From IMG/VR virus record IMGVR_UViG_3300020810_001156, positions 124,001 to 188,000 of that record: a stretch of DNA of 64,000 bases; one strand, given 5' to 3'. A model generated the notes under the pieces. That model was not told the origin of the DNA. It worked only from the letters and a program-made list of their open reading frames with translations, and ran no database searches. Below, piece by piece: positions 27,001 through 34,618 of this stretch. The position numbers and the translations under genes were made by a program. Position 1 is the stretch's first letter; each line of letters starts with the position of its first letter.

Positions 27001-29682
27001 TTCTCAAACAATGGAGCATCCAATGAAAACTCAATCATACAAGATTATGACCCTTGGGGTAGACCGGCTATTGTTTGGAGAGCATTAAATAATGATGCTG
27101 GTTCGAACTCCGATGGTGGTTGGAACAAAACTGTATCAAACTTAGATGGTAACAAATCATATATGTGGGTAACATATGTGAAGCGTGTTGGTTCAAATAC
27201 ATCTGGTACATTCTATTTAGGTTGTAGTGGTGGAGAAACACTTAATATGAGTGGTTCAGCTAATGGTAACCCATATTTTACGGCATTTGGAATTAGTGGA
27301 TTACCACAAGATGTTTGGTGTTTAGTAGTTGGTATAGTACATGCAAACAATCACCCATCTACTAGTAGTAGTGGAAAAGGTGGTGTTTGGAGATTGGATA
27401 CTGGTGAAAAAATTCGGGGTTGTACTGATTATAAAATGAGGTACACTGGTACGAGAAACCAAACTCATAGAACTTATTTATATTATTCAACAAATCCTGC
27501 TGCACAATTAAAATGGTGGGGACCTGGTGTATATGAAATTAATGGTAACGAACCATCTATTGAAACATTAACTGGTAATAGAGCAAATGATGGTAATGGT
27601 TTAACATTTAATAACGCATCTCAAATTATAATGCCCGCATATGGTGGAGGTACGGTAAGATTTAGAACCAACACACATTGGGATAGTAGAACTGGTATTG
27701 ACTTTATCGGAACGGGTACTGATGAATTCAGAATGAGTTCGGATAGTGGTAACTTGAATTTGAGAGTGGATGGTTGGATGTACAACTATGATGTAACTTA
27801 CTCTCCTCGTTACTATGACCAAAACAGTACATCATATTACGCAGACCCTGCTTCTACATCGTACTTCAACGATATGAGGGCAAATATCTACTATGATAGA
27901 GATAATACCTCATATTACGCTAACCCTGGTCAAACATCGTACTTCAACGATATTAGAACTAATATCATTTACGATAGAGAGAATACTGCATACTACTTCG
28001 GTAGTGGACAGGGTGATGCTCGTATGAATACTGCTAGAGCGTGGAACTTCTACGCTGATGATTGGTTCAGAAACTATAATCAATATGAAGGTTTATACAA
28101 CCAAGCAACTGCTAACCATTGGTATGCAGATGGTACATATTGGAGTATTGGTGAAAGTGATAACGCTAAAGGTATTAGAATTAGAGATGGACACCAAGGT
28201 ACTATTAGAGGTTATTTCTACGCAGAAGATAACAATACTATTGGTATCTTAGATTCTGATGGAAACTGGGCAGTAAGAGTAGTTAGAGATTCGTATGTAG
28301 AACTTAGAGACAATAATGAAGTTACCTTCAGAGCTGGGCAAGGTGGTGTAGATGGAAACTATGGTACTGTTCAAACTCATGGTGGAGGTAAAGGTGGTTG
28401 GGAAGGATACTCAATCAATGGTAGATATGTATTCATGTCTGCTGATTCTTCTGGTGCTGGTATCTTCAACGATATTGATAACGAGTGGATGGCTTATTTC
28501 AATAGAAATGGTAGTACCGAACTAATGTGGAATGGTGCTAGACAAATGAATACCGATTCTTATGGTATCTATGTAAGAGACCAAGTAAGAGCACAAGTTT
28601 ACTATGACCACGATACTGGATACTATGGTAACTTTAATTCTACTTCTAGATTTAATGCAACCGTAACCAATACTTCATACTTTGGTTCAGATACAAATAA
28701 GGGTAGAGCACAGGGTTATGGGACTTATTCATCGTCTATGCATAAAATTGCATATATGTCCTTTGACTGGAACGCTCAATACGATTACTACTACTATCAC
28801 GGATTAGCATCTACTGATATCAATGGTAACTTTAGTGATTCAATGTCATTAAACTCATTTAATGATGTTAATATTAGATTAGATAGTAACAATAATAATA
28901 CTAACTCTTATCTAAGAATACATGATAATGGTGCTGGTAATTCTATGAACGTAGCATATATTGGACGGGAAAATGGAAATGCAATAGCATACTTCTACAA
29001 TAGAGTATATGGTGCTATCTACTATGATAGAAATGATGGTAATTACTATGTAGACCCGAATGGGACATCTCAACTGAATCGGATTGATATCAATTCGCAA
29101 ATTAGGCATAGAGGTGATACCAATACATATATGCAGTTCCATGCATCTGACCAATGGAGAGTTGTAACTGGTGGTTCGGAAAGATTAGAGGTAAACAACT
29201 CACAAATCTACGCTACTCGAGTATTTAGATGTACGCAAGATATTATAGCATACTACTCAGATGAAAGATTAAAAGATAAGAAAGGTAAAATTGGAAATGC
29301 ACTTTCTAAGATTCTTTCATTAGATGGTTTCTACTACGAAACTAATGATTTAGCAAAAAAAGTTGGATTTACCGAAGAAGGATTACAAGTAGGTTTATCA
29401 GCACAACAGGTTAGAGATGTTGTACCTGAGGTTGTTCACTTAGCACCATTTGATTCCGATTACGATGAAAATGGAAATCTATATTCTAAATCTGGTGAAG
29501 ATTACTTAACAATAAAATACGATAGATTAATTCCTTTAGTAATTGAAGGTATTAAAGACCAGCATAAGATTGTAAGTTGGAACAACACCAAAATGAAAGA
29601 ATTAGAAGGTATTATTGAAAAACAACAATCTGAAATTGAAGAATTAAAAAAATTAGTAAAACAATTAATTAATAAAGGTTAA
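18082..29682 (+). CDS. giant tail fibre (3866 aa) with Gly-X-Y tract and C-terminal peptidase S74 intramolecular chaperone
   Basis: C-terminal YSDERLK...GLSAQQV..VVPEVV...YDRLIPLVIEGIK plus coiled coil; repeated NQ.VRTTD.P.F and DT.TYIQFHA.DQWRVVTGG.ERLEVNN modules. Confidence 0.9.
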   Translation: MSYKGIDPNGINQISQSLVSLYVNGERQIDISTENVDIINDLNVQGSVSASIFSGSGEELFNIPPTALTTDAQNQIFSGSATASISPNKGFKVNVDTSISGALNVSESLTVGGVISGDGSGITNINADSIGDIDKLKSGSAEAVISPNLGFEINVDTEISGTLDISGSLRTDDTLKVDKSADIGTDLDVGNNVTIGNDLTVAGKITSTELHTTYLSSSVVYATGSNKFGDGASDKQEFTGSVGIKGDLSVDGNIDFSGNLTADDLPTGTSSEVVVFDTTTGTFQRKFNASSSGTSGTSGSSGSSGSGGTSGSGGTSGTSGSGGSSGTSGSGGSSGTSGSGGSSGTSGSGGSSGTSGSGGTSGSGGSSGTSGSGGTSGTSGSGGSSGTSGSGGSSGTSGSGGSSGTTGSSGTSGSGGTSGEDGTSGTGGSSGTGGSSGTGGSAGTSGSAGTSATAGTAGTSGSSGSSGTTGSAGTSGSGGTSGTSGSGGSSGTSASSGTGGTSGSGGTSGTSGSGGSSGTSGSAGSTGSAGSSGTGGSSGSGGSSGTAGSGGSSGTSGSGGTSGTTGSSGTGGSAGTSGSGGTSGSGGTSGSGGSSGTSGSGGSSGITGAGGSAGTSGSGGTSGSSGTSGDDGTSGSGGTSGSGGSSGTSASSGTGGTAGTSGSGGSSGTSGSGGTSGTSATSGSGGSAGTSGSGGSSGTSGSGGSSGTSGEQGTSGSDGTSGSGGTSGSGGTSGSGGSSGTSGSGGTSATAGSGGTSGSGGSSGTSGSGGSSGTAGSGGSSGTSGSGGSSGTAGSGGTSGSGGSSGTSGSGGTSGSAGSSGTLSLTGNTDNGVITLNGSAPNATVESNLTFDGTTLNVQGNLTVTGTTTTVNTETINLADNIILLNSNETGTPSQNAGIEIERGTASNKQFIWNESSDRWVADSNLQTSGNLYSTGGQLFLNETAGAITKITNENNLSIYSDHLVNFLESDASSTKAVFGLNGGNFSFNTGTLNTSYTMYVNGTFFANTVNTGQGNTEVYLMNQNVRTTDTPKFANLQLSSNNTPTIYFNGTSDGGDGASSDMAIQATPEGLNFIEPEQSNRIQFQILDDTGVNAPYGYQLNGTTVIDTSRNLVNIGTINTGQGATEVYLMNQNVRSSDSPTFNRLTLSQATGTAPLTVSSTTLVSNLNADLLDGQHGSYYAIYDHIRSLGTRAFTNGSNPNITTAQVISEMESDGAFDSYTSVFKTSWSYAGNYNLTDAGRFTETAGSSWITWTDNSSDSTRGNITALAIAPNTGGSAGRVFIYNDQGSSYAPGWREVWTSLSDGAGSGLDADLWDGYQFSDYLNQAVKTNSTPTFSGVYTSNIGINDSGFDVYINFSDANPTFRGQGHGGQFTFYGDKDQNASILYLGSIDAAKIVDAGVAMYAPIYYDSNDDNYYVNPAGTSNLNGLTVNGEINGSIDAATRLSSNTGTESDSFQYWNTINNSTLNPDTNWWYGMRLGHGNASTYYSATLAISFFSDDMRFRRLQAGTYQTWRTIGHDGNIPYAFRMNQDVRTTDSPTFAGLNLGNGNLNTVENIYLDNAIISQGDTNTYIQFHAGDQFRVVTGGSERLEVNNSTTTLATNLQINSHAIDMDLNNVADNAISLREVRNSTWPFVFVTNGVGNDNSSGFWVGSNGYPDMRLRRNDGTVRALISSWERSYVSNGFSISGGTLDMNNNDIVGVDQIIHEGDSDTYIQFHASNEWRVVTGGGERLEVNNTNTTIQNNLIVNGNVTYNGGVNLGDDYTIGKFTYVSIGDLGASGTQARTFEIARLAMDYNDWNDAGTFEVELHEDYYGRGDRKTYTVWWGYYNAWQVYLTDSRVWADNRMQVRIGSPVTISGDIRYVPVYVDVRYYGQVDVMIKTNKTVQYTDNTPSGGQAYINKSPGATNISDFTPDSEVFPTANSGQIAVPRVRFTSTSVGAWNVFNYGGAVGSGNFQDWTNSAGEMNYIQVNNLASGFSNHPTGVYTYGGVLSLRGANHSFQLYAAHTGDLAYKTQWNNDNYSGWRRILDSTNYPYAANMNQYVRTTDSVTFNEIYNNGWFRNNQSGEGLYNQATGAHWVSDADASWTARDSASSIRIRMKTNGSSERGSFYANSSNQIGILDAGGSWAIRHQNDYGTQFYTDGTTEEFRIGRDTVSGNYGTVQTRTTRGGWGGYSINGGWVFMHDHSNAAGIYNDYENEWAILMYRNSYVRLHFNGAGKLETTNTGISVTGNVVGTGTLDMDSKYHILGVSNNWDAVGQYAQTNLHFQGHQMFWIGAGNGTWFTGTANQKSQASGLAADANYAHDLLITTMYSDASYDRGITFAVSNNNDENSGWRLGKWHSGDARDASKLVVDGGLFVKGGYTDEYDYYANDYSSYYSAPAGQPHWGGDSGYFNRPSATFSTAIQIQSGNGGTNSRHPQIQFHQYGYGGPVIEYDGPEDILKFRGNSSRLDWVQFDTSGVSDGLRINYDQIYSYNRPLHLNHSANQNIYMVCASGGNVGIGHDTASQRLDVNGSVIIRTDLYMDNGRIYDVEDIFLNDRIYHDSDTNTYIQFHANDQWRVVTGGGERLEVNNGTTTVQNNLYVNGNRNRIGNGNDDRTHINDMLYVGATDSGDSHLYFGEGGYHAISYGAHWYWDSGYTFSWYMRNNNSDTLMMRYITNNNGYVYWYRHFHMNNYDINYVNQLHFNAGVRFYDDSNNNYLNFQADDTNGPTGIRFRDGNGTQYGYVYGDGDGANFGLLNRDGQWAVRTTNVQTSMYYDGAEKIYTRSDGVYVNGNIFASRFYDTNTSYYLDPASTSYLNDVRVNILYDRGATGYYWHGGSTSRMYAAEFINRVVIGGRFDYNAYNSVGSTRLHFGGGNSDANANYYIGTNLENYGGNYTKLDLRWHTGIRMGAQPGYGGIRMYNNEDLSTMLFSVGRSSQDVEVTYNLRVGGQKAINSRNHHVGSFTNLATAEDWAVSSTGNGAAALGGTFSNNGASNENSIIQDYDPWGRPAIVWRALNNDAGSNSDGGWNKTVSNLDGNKSYMWVTYVKRVGSNTSGTFYLGCSGGETLNMSGSANGNPYFTAFGISGLPQDVWCLVVGIVHANNHPSTSSSGKGGVWRLDTGEKIRGCTDYKMRYTGTRNQTHRTYLYYSTNPAAQLKWWGPGVYEINGNEPSIETLTGNRANDGNGLTFNNASQIIMPAYGGGTVRFRTNTHWDSRTGIDFIGTGTDEFRMSSDSGNLNLRVDGWMYNYDVTYSPRYYDQNSTSYYADPASTSYFNDMRANIYYDRDNTSYYANPGQTSYFNDIRTNIIYDRENTAYYFGSGQGDARMNTARAWNFYADDWFRNYNQYEGLYNQATANHWYADGTYWSIGESDNAKGIRIRDGHQGTIRGYFYAEDNNTIGILDSDGNWAVRVVRDSYVELRDNNEVTFRAGQGGVDGNYGTVQTHGGGKGGWEGYSINGRYVFMSADSSGAGIFNDIDNEWMAYFNRNGSTELMWNGARQMNTDSYGIYVRDQVRAQVYYDHDTGYYGNFNSTSRFNATVTNTSYFGSDTNKGRAQGYGTYSSSMHKIAYMSFDWNAQYDYYYYHGLASTDINGNFSDSMSLNSFNDVNIRLDSNNNNTNSYLRIHDNGAGNSMNVAYIGRENGNAIAYFYNRVYGAIYYDRNDGNYYVDPNGTSQLNRIDINSQIRHRGDTNTYMQFHASDQWRVVTGGSERLEVNNSQIYATRVFRCTQDIIAYYSDERLKDKKGKIGNALSKILSLDGFYYETNDLAKKVGFTEEGLQVGLSAQQVRDVVPEVVHLAPFDSDYDENGNLYSKSGEDYLTIKYDRLIPLVIEGIKDQHKIVSWNNTKMKELEGIIEKQQSEIEELKKLVKQLINKG
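18950..20545 (+). repeat. Gly-X-Y (GTS/GSG/GSS) coding repeat, ~530 aa
   Basis: Continuous triplet periodicity in the translation. Confidence 0.95.
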
Positions 29683-29732
29683 TCTTTTTACTAATATAGT
29701 TATATTTATAAACATAAAGTAAAAAAAACAAA

Positions 29733-30254
29733 ATGGCTTTAGAAATACAAAAACAAATAGGTACAAGTAGAGGTATCACTTCTGAAGGATATGTAAGAAT
29801 AGAATCTTTTGAATTTAGAAAATCAAATGGTACATTAAGAGTATATCCCACATTATATCTAAATGAAGGAGCTGCTTCTAGTGCTTCTAGAGATTTATTT
29901 GATGAACATTCACCTGCTATGTTAGTTGAAGAATGGGAAGCAAAGAGTTATGAGGTAAAAGAGGTGTATAGTTTTCATTTAACAGAATCTCAAGTTAGAA
30001 GTAGAGAATTTTTAAGAGTAGAAACTGTATCTTCATCTGTAGAACAAATGGTTCCAGACCCAGAAGACCCTGAGAATATGATTACTCAATCTTCTTGGAC
30101 ATACGATACTGTAAATGTTAGTGGTAGTGAAGAATATACAGCAGATGTAATCACAACTAATGCATTAACCGGCTCATCTATTTATGATTTTGCATATCCA
30201 TTATTAAAAACAGAACTAAAAGAAGTTTTTGGTGATGTTATTGTGAATGTGTAG
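29733..30254 (+). CDS. hypothetical fibre-associated protein
   Basis: Full ORF with ATATTTATA motif upstream; follows the fibre gene. Confidence 0.55.
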   Translation: MALEIQKQIGTSRGITSEGYVRIESFEFRKSNGTLRVYPTLYLNEGAASSASRDLFDEHSPAMLVEEWEAKSYEVKEVYSFHLTESQVRSREFLRVETVSSSVEQMVPDPEDPENMITQSSWTYDTVNVSGSEEYTADVITTNALTGSSIYDFAYPLLKTELKEVFGDVIVNV

Positions 30255-30405
30255 TTAAAATCTTAAATTCATAATAACCTATGTACAATTTAAGTTTGAT
30301 TGTATGTGGTTAATAGAAATGAAATTTATCTTTTGGAGATTTTCGTTATATTTATATGTGTATTTGATTTATTTATCAAAATAAACTTATTGGAGAAATA
30401 AAATT

Positions 30406-32715
30406 ATGGCAGAAAGAATAGTATCACCTGGAGTATTTACGAGAGAAAATGACCTTTCGTTCTTAGCGCAGGGAGTAGGAGAAATCGGAGCAGCGTTTGT
30501 AGGACCTTTTAAACAAGGACCAGCGTTTGTTCCAACGATTGTAAGAACACAATCAGAATTTGAAGATAAGTTCGGAACACCTGATGGAACTTATTATACA
30601 GAGTACGCAGTACAAAACTATCTTAGAGAAGCTGGAACAGCAACAGTTGTTAGAGTTTTGGGTAAAACTGGCGCTGATGCTGGTTATTCTCAAGTAACAC
30701 CTGTTGGTTTAGTAGCTAGTGGTTCTGATGGTAGTCAAACACTTATTGCAACATTACATAATACTGTAAATGGTGATGACGAAGTAGGATTTGGTCCTTT
30801 TACTGTATCCCCATCATTAACTACATCTGGTTCATTTGTGGTAAGTGGTAGTGGATTAAGTAACATATCATCTTCACTATTATCATCAGCTGGTAATGAT
30901 GTAACTGATGTATTTGGTTCTGACCCATTAGGTTCTAAAGAAGCTTATGTGTATTCTTACTTTAAAAATGCAGTAAATAGTATTAACTTAGAAGTTGCTA
31001 ATGGTGAGGCAGTTACTGCTGAAGTACTTCCAACTCAAAACTTTACTTATGAAGCAAGTTGGGCATCTACACCATTTGTTAAATCACAACTAATCTCAGG
31101 TGTAAGAAGTGATTTATTTAAATTCCATACATTAGGATATGGAACAAATGAAAACTCCAGATTCAAAATTTCAATCTCCAATGTGAAAGCTGCCGGTGAA
31201 GATGGAGGTACTGATTATTCAGTATTCACAGTAATTATTCGTTCATTCTCTGATACGGATAAAAGACCTGTTGTATTAGAAACATTTAGTAATGTAAACT
31301 TAGACCCAGCATCACCAAACTTTATCGCTAGAAGAATCGGTGATAGATATTTAACTATCGATTCAAATGGTAAGATTACTGAAAATGGTGATTGGGTAAA
31401 CAATTCAAAATATATTAGAGTACAAGTAGCAGCTCAGGGTTCATATCCTGTATCTGCTGCACCATTCGGACATGGAGCATACTCTAACCCAATTAAAGCA
31501 ACCGATGAAACTATCGTTCCAGCAGTTGTTTACCAAACCGGTTCAGTAGTAAATACTGCTGGTAACCCAACATATTTTGCTGGTTTCGATTTCGAAACAG
31601 TTGGTGTAAAATATGATAACAACAATTATATCAAACCTTTACCTGAAAGTGTAGGAGTTGGTTCGAATGTTGATTTCGGATTCGATTCTCAACTTTCTTA
31701 TGTAATGAGTGGTTCTGATTCATCTGATATGGTGAAGAGACAATTTTCAATTGCATTCCAAGGTGGATTTGATGGACAATCACCTGCAACTAATATCAAC
31801 TTAGGTTCTGATATGAGTGCTGGTAATTCGCAAGGACTTGATTTATCATCAACTACGGCTGGTGGTTACCTATCATACTCTAAAGGTTTGAACGCAATTT
31901 CAAACGCTGATGAGTGGGATATCAATATGTTAGTAACTCCTGGTGTTGTAAGAACATTACACCCAGCAGTTGTTAGTAAGGCAATTGATGTTGTTGAAGC
32001 TAGAGCAGATGCATTTTACATCGCTGATTTCGCTGATGCTAGTTCAACAATTTCTGATGTAACAACTCAGGCAAACGCAGTAGATTCTAACTATGTTGGA
32101 ACTTACTATCCTTGGGTTAAGACAGTAGATACAAACACTAATAAATTAGTAAGTGTTCCACCTTCAGTATTATTACCTGCTGTGTACGCAGCAAATGACG
32201 CTATCGCAGCTGAATGGTTCGCACCTGCTGGTTTAAATAGAGGTGGTATCATAGGAGCAGCATCAGTATTGAATAGATTAACTCATTCTGAAAGAGATAC
32301 TTTATATGAAAACAAAGTAAACCCAATCGCAGCATTCCCTGGACAAGGTATTGTGGCATTCGGACAGAAAACATTGCAAGATAGAGCATCAGCATTAGAT
32401 AGAATCAATGTTAGAAGATTATTAATCAATGTTAAGAAATTTGTAGCATCTACATCTCGATTCTTAGTATTCGAACAAAATACGGCATCGACTAGAGGTA
32501 GATTTATCAACACTGTACAACCTTACTTAGAAGGTATCCAACAAAGACAAGGACTGTACGCATTTAAAGTAGTTATGGATGAGACTAACAACACACCTGA
32601 TGTGGTTGATAGAAACATTTTAGCTGGACAGATATTCCTACAACCTGCTAAGACCGCTGAATTCATTGTAATTGATTTCAACATCTTACCAACGGGAGCA
32701 TCGTTCTCAGCATAA
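30406..32715 (+). CDS. contractile tail sheath protein (gp18-like)
   Basis: MAERIVSPGVFTREND start; WFAPAGLNRG; LYENKVNPI; FGQKTLQ...ALDRINVRRL; KTAEFI.IDF. Confidence 0.97.
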   Translation: MAERIVSPGVFTRENDLSFLAQGVGEIGAAFVGPFKQGPAFVPTIVRTQSEFEDKFGTPDGTYYTEYAVQNYLREAGTATVVRVLGKTGADAGYSQVTPVGLVASGSDGSQTLIATLHNTVNGDDEVGFGPFTVSPSLTTSGSFVVSGSGLSNISSSLLSSAGNDVTDVFGSDPLGSKEAYVYSYFKNAVNSINLEVANGEAVTAEVLPTQNFTYEASWASTPFVKSQLISGVRSDLFKFHTLGYGTNENSRFKISISNVKAAGEDGGTDYSVFTVIIRSFSDTDKRPVVLETFSNVNLDPASPNFIARRIGDRYLTIDSNGKITENGDWVNNSKYIRVQVAAQGSYPVSAAPFGHGAYSNPIKATDETIVPAVVYQTGSVVNTAGNPTYFAGFDFETVGVKYDNNNYIKPLPESVGVGSNVDFGFDSQLSYVMSGSDSSDMVKRQFSIAFQGGFDGQSPATNINLGSDMSAGNSQGLDLSSTTAGGYLSYSKGLNAISNADEWDINMLVTPGVVRTLHPAVVSKAIDVVEARADAFYIADFADASSTISDVTTQANAVDSNYVGTYYPWVKTVDTNTNKLVSVPPSVLLPAVYAANDAIAAEWFAPAGLNRGGIIGAASVLNRLTHSERDTLYENKVNPIAAFPGQGIVAFGQKTLQDRASALDRINVRRLLINVKKFVASTSRFLVFEQNTASTRGRFINTVQPYLEGIQQRQGLYAFKVVMDETNNTPDVVDRNILAGQIFLQPAKTAEFIVIDFNILPTGASFSA

Positions 32716-32766
32716 AACAAAAAAATGAATAACTAATATTTATTAGTATAAAAGGGAAATAAAAAA

Positions 32767-33255
32767 ATGGCAGAAGTATTAGAATTTAACGAAATGTTCT
32801 TCACCAACTTCGAACCGAAGATGAAGAATCGCTATATTATGGAGATTGATGGTATTCAATCATACTTAATTAAAACAGCAGCGAGACCATCTATCAATTT
32901 CGAAACTGTGAAGTTAGACCACATTAACACTTATAGAAAATTACAAGGTAAGGGTGAGTGGCAAGATATCACAATCACATTATATGACCCAATCGTTCCA
33001 AGTGGAGCACAACAAGTGATGGAATGGGTGAGATTAGGATATGAATCTTTAACTGGTAGAAAAGGATACGCAGATTTCTACAAAAAAGATATCGATTTCT
33101 ATATGTTAGGACCTGTTGGTGATAAAATTGAACAATGGAAACTAAAAGGTGCATTCATTCAAGCAGCTAATTTCAATGATTTAGATTTCTCATCTAATGA
33201 CCCTGCCGATATTGAATTAACGCTTTCGTATGATTACGCAATATTAGAATTTTAA
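32767..33255 (+). CDS. tail tube protein (gp19-like)
   Basis: Follows the sheath; 162 aa with EPK..NRY, W.DITITLYD, W.LKGAFI, LTLSYDYA. Confidence 0.92.
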   Translation: MAEVLEFNEMFFTNFEPKMKNRYIMEIDGIQSYLIKTAARPSINFETVKLDHINTYRKLQGKGEWQDITITLYDPIVPSGAQQVMEWVRLGYESLTGRKGYADFYKKDIDFYMLGPVGDKIEQWKLKGAFIQAANFNDLDFSSNDPADIELTLSYDYAILEF

Positions 33256-33286
33256 GATATTATCCACTACTATCTATAAATTGAAG

Positions 33287-33313
33287 AAGGTTCTCTTAGT
33301 GAGAACCTTTTTT
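33287..33313 (+). terminator. Rho-independent terminator after tail tube gene
   Basis: AAGGTTCTC-TTAGT-GAGAACCTT perfect stem followed by a T run. Confidence 0.85.
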
Positions 33314-33371
33314 CGTTTTACAACTTTTTTATTTTGATATACTTATATATACAAACAAATAAAGGTTAATT

Positions 33372-34145
33372 ATGAGCGAAAATAAATTTGATTTCCCAAC
33401 TGAGGTAGTGGATTTACCATCAAAGGGATTAGTTTATCCAGAAGGACATCCTTTAAGAAAAGGAAACATTGAGATTAAATATATGACAGCAAGAGAAGAA
33501 GATATTCTTGCATCACAATCTCTAATTAAAAAGGGGGTAGTTTTAGATAAACTATTTGAATCAGTAGTAGTAGAGCCAGATGTTGATATCAATGATATCT
33601 TTATTGGTGATAAAAACGCTATTCTTTTAGCAACCAGAGTAATGGGTTATGGTGCTGATTATAAAGTAGAAGTAACTGACCCATCTACATTAGAACCACA
33701 AACAGTAACTATTGATTTATCTAAAGTAAAAACCAAAGATTTTGATGAAAAAATCTTAAATGGTGATAATTTGTATAAATTTACTTTACCTAAAAGTGGA
33801 ACTGAATTAGAATTTAAACTTCTTACACATGGTGATGAAATTGAAATCACAAAAGAAAATCAAGCATTGGTTAGATTGTACAAAGGTAAAGGTGATACTT
33901 CATTCGATGTAACTACTCGTTTGAAATATATGATTCAATCGGTAGATGGTAATCAAGATAGAGGATATATTACTAAGTGGGTTCAAAATTCATTCTTAGC
34001 ATTAGATACAAAAGCATTCAGAAAATTTGTTAGAGAGTTAAGTCCTGATATGGATTTAACATTCAACTTTGTTTCAGAGTTGACGGGTGAAGAGGAGGCA
34101 CTCGATATCCCGTTTGGGGTATCGTTTTTTTACCCTTCCGAATGA
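33372..34145 (+). CDS. baseplate hub assembly / tail chaperone (gp26-like)
   Basis: LPSKG..YP, KYMTAREEDIL, GDKNAILLA.R..GYG motifs; lies between tube and tape measure. Confidence 0.8.
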   Translation: MSENKFDFPTEVVDLPSKGLVYPEGHPLRKGNIEIKYMTAREEDILASQSLIKKGVVLDKLFESVVVEPDVDINDIFIGDKNAILLATRVMGYGADYKVEVTDPSTLEPQTVTIDLSKVKTKDFDEKILNGDNLYKFTLPKSGTELEFKLLTHGDEIEITKENQALVRLYKGKGDTSFDVTTRLKYMIQSVDGNQDRGYITKWVQNSFLALDTKAFRKFVRELSPDMDLTFNFVSELTGEEEALDIPFGVSFFYPSE

Positions 34146-34338
34146 TTATAGTATCCAACTTCATAACCAAATTTGGGAGTTGGTTAACTTTGGTAATGGA
34201 TTTACTTGGAGAGATGTTTACTTCATGCCAATCCAATGGAGAAAGTTTTACTTTAAGAAATTGGTCGATTTAAAAAAGAAGGAAGCAGACGAATACAAAA
34301 AAGCAGAACGTAAATCAAAAGTAAGGGTTAGGAAATAA
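34087..34338 (+). CDS. gp51-like chaperone C-terminal part, probably expressed by +1 frameshift from the upstream gene
   Basis: QIWELV..G.GFTW.DVY.MPI.WRKFY pattern; overlaps the upstream ORF at a T7 run; only a GTG start buried in the upstream CDS. Confidence 0.7.
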   Translation: MKRRHSISRLGYRFFTLPNDYSIQLHNQIWELVNFGNGFTWRDVYFMPIQWRKFYFKKLVDLKKKEADEYKKAERKSKVRVRK

Positions 34339-34354
34339 TCCTTACTTTTTTTTT
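34321..34354 (+). terminator. Rho-independent terminator
   Basis: GTAAGGGTTA-GGAAA-TAATCCTTAC stem (one G-U pair) plus T9. Confidence 0.85.
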
Positions 34355-34396
34355 ATCCAATATTTATAGATGTATAAAACTATAAAGAGATTACCT

Positions 34397-34606
34397 ATGT
34401 CAAAAGAAAAAACAAACGAAGGATTATTTGGGGCAGCCAAAAAATTCTCTGATGCATTTTTTGATGGTTTGAAAACTAATGCAGTTAATAAAGCATTAAA
34501 ACAAGCCGAAAAGAACAAAAAAGTTCCATCTCCTATTATTAAAAAAATGAAACAAATCGATAAACTAGCTAAAGAGCTAGAAGATGATTTAAAGTACTAT
34601 TCATAA
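34397..34606 (+). CDS. small basic hypothetical protein (start probably 34397, MSKEK)
   Basis: ATATTTATA at 34360-34368 abuts the ATG at 34370, which favours the next ATG. Confidence 0.5.
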   Translation: MSKEKTNEGLFGAAKKFSDAFFDGLKTNAVNKALKQAEKNKKVPSPIIKKMKQIDKLAKELEDDLKYYS

Positions 34607-34618
34607 TAATATCTCAGT

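Noticed and set aside
22780-29210. Possible diversity-generating retroelement TR/VR pair or shufflon
   Set aside because: Differences between repeat copies are not adenine-specific, all copies are in-frame and direct, and no reverse transcriptase or invertase is present in the window.
30274-30311. Imperfect hairpin upstream of the sheath gene
   Set aside because: AT/GU-rich stem with no clear U-tract; too weak to call.
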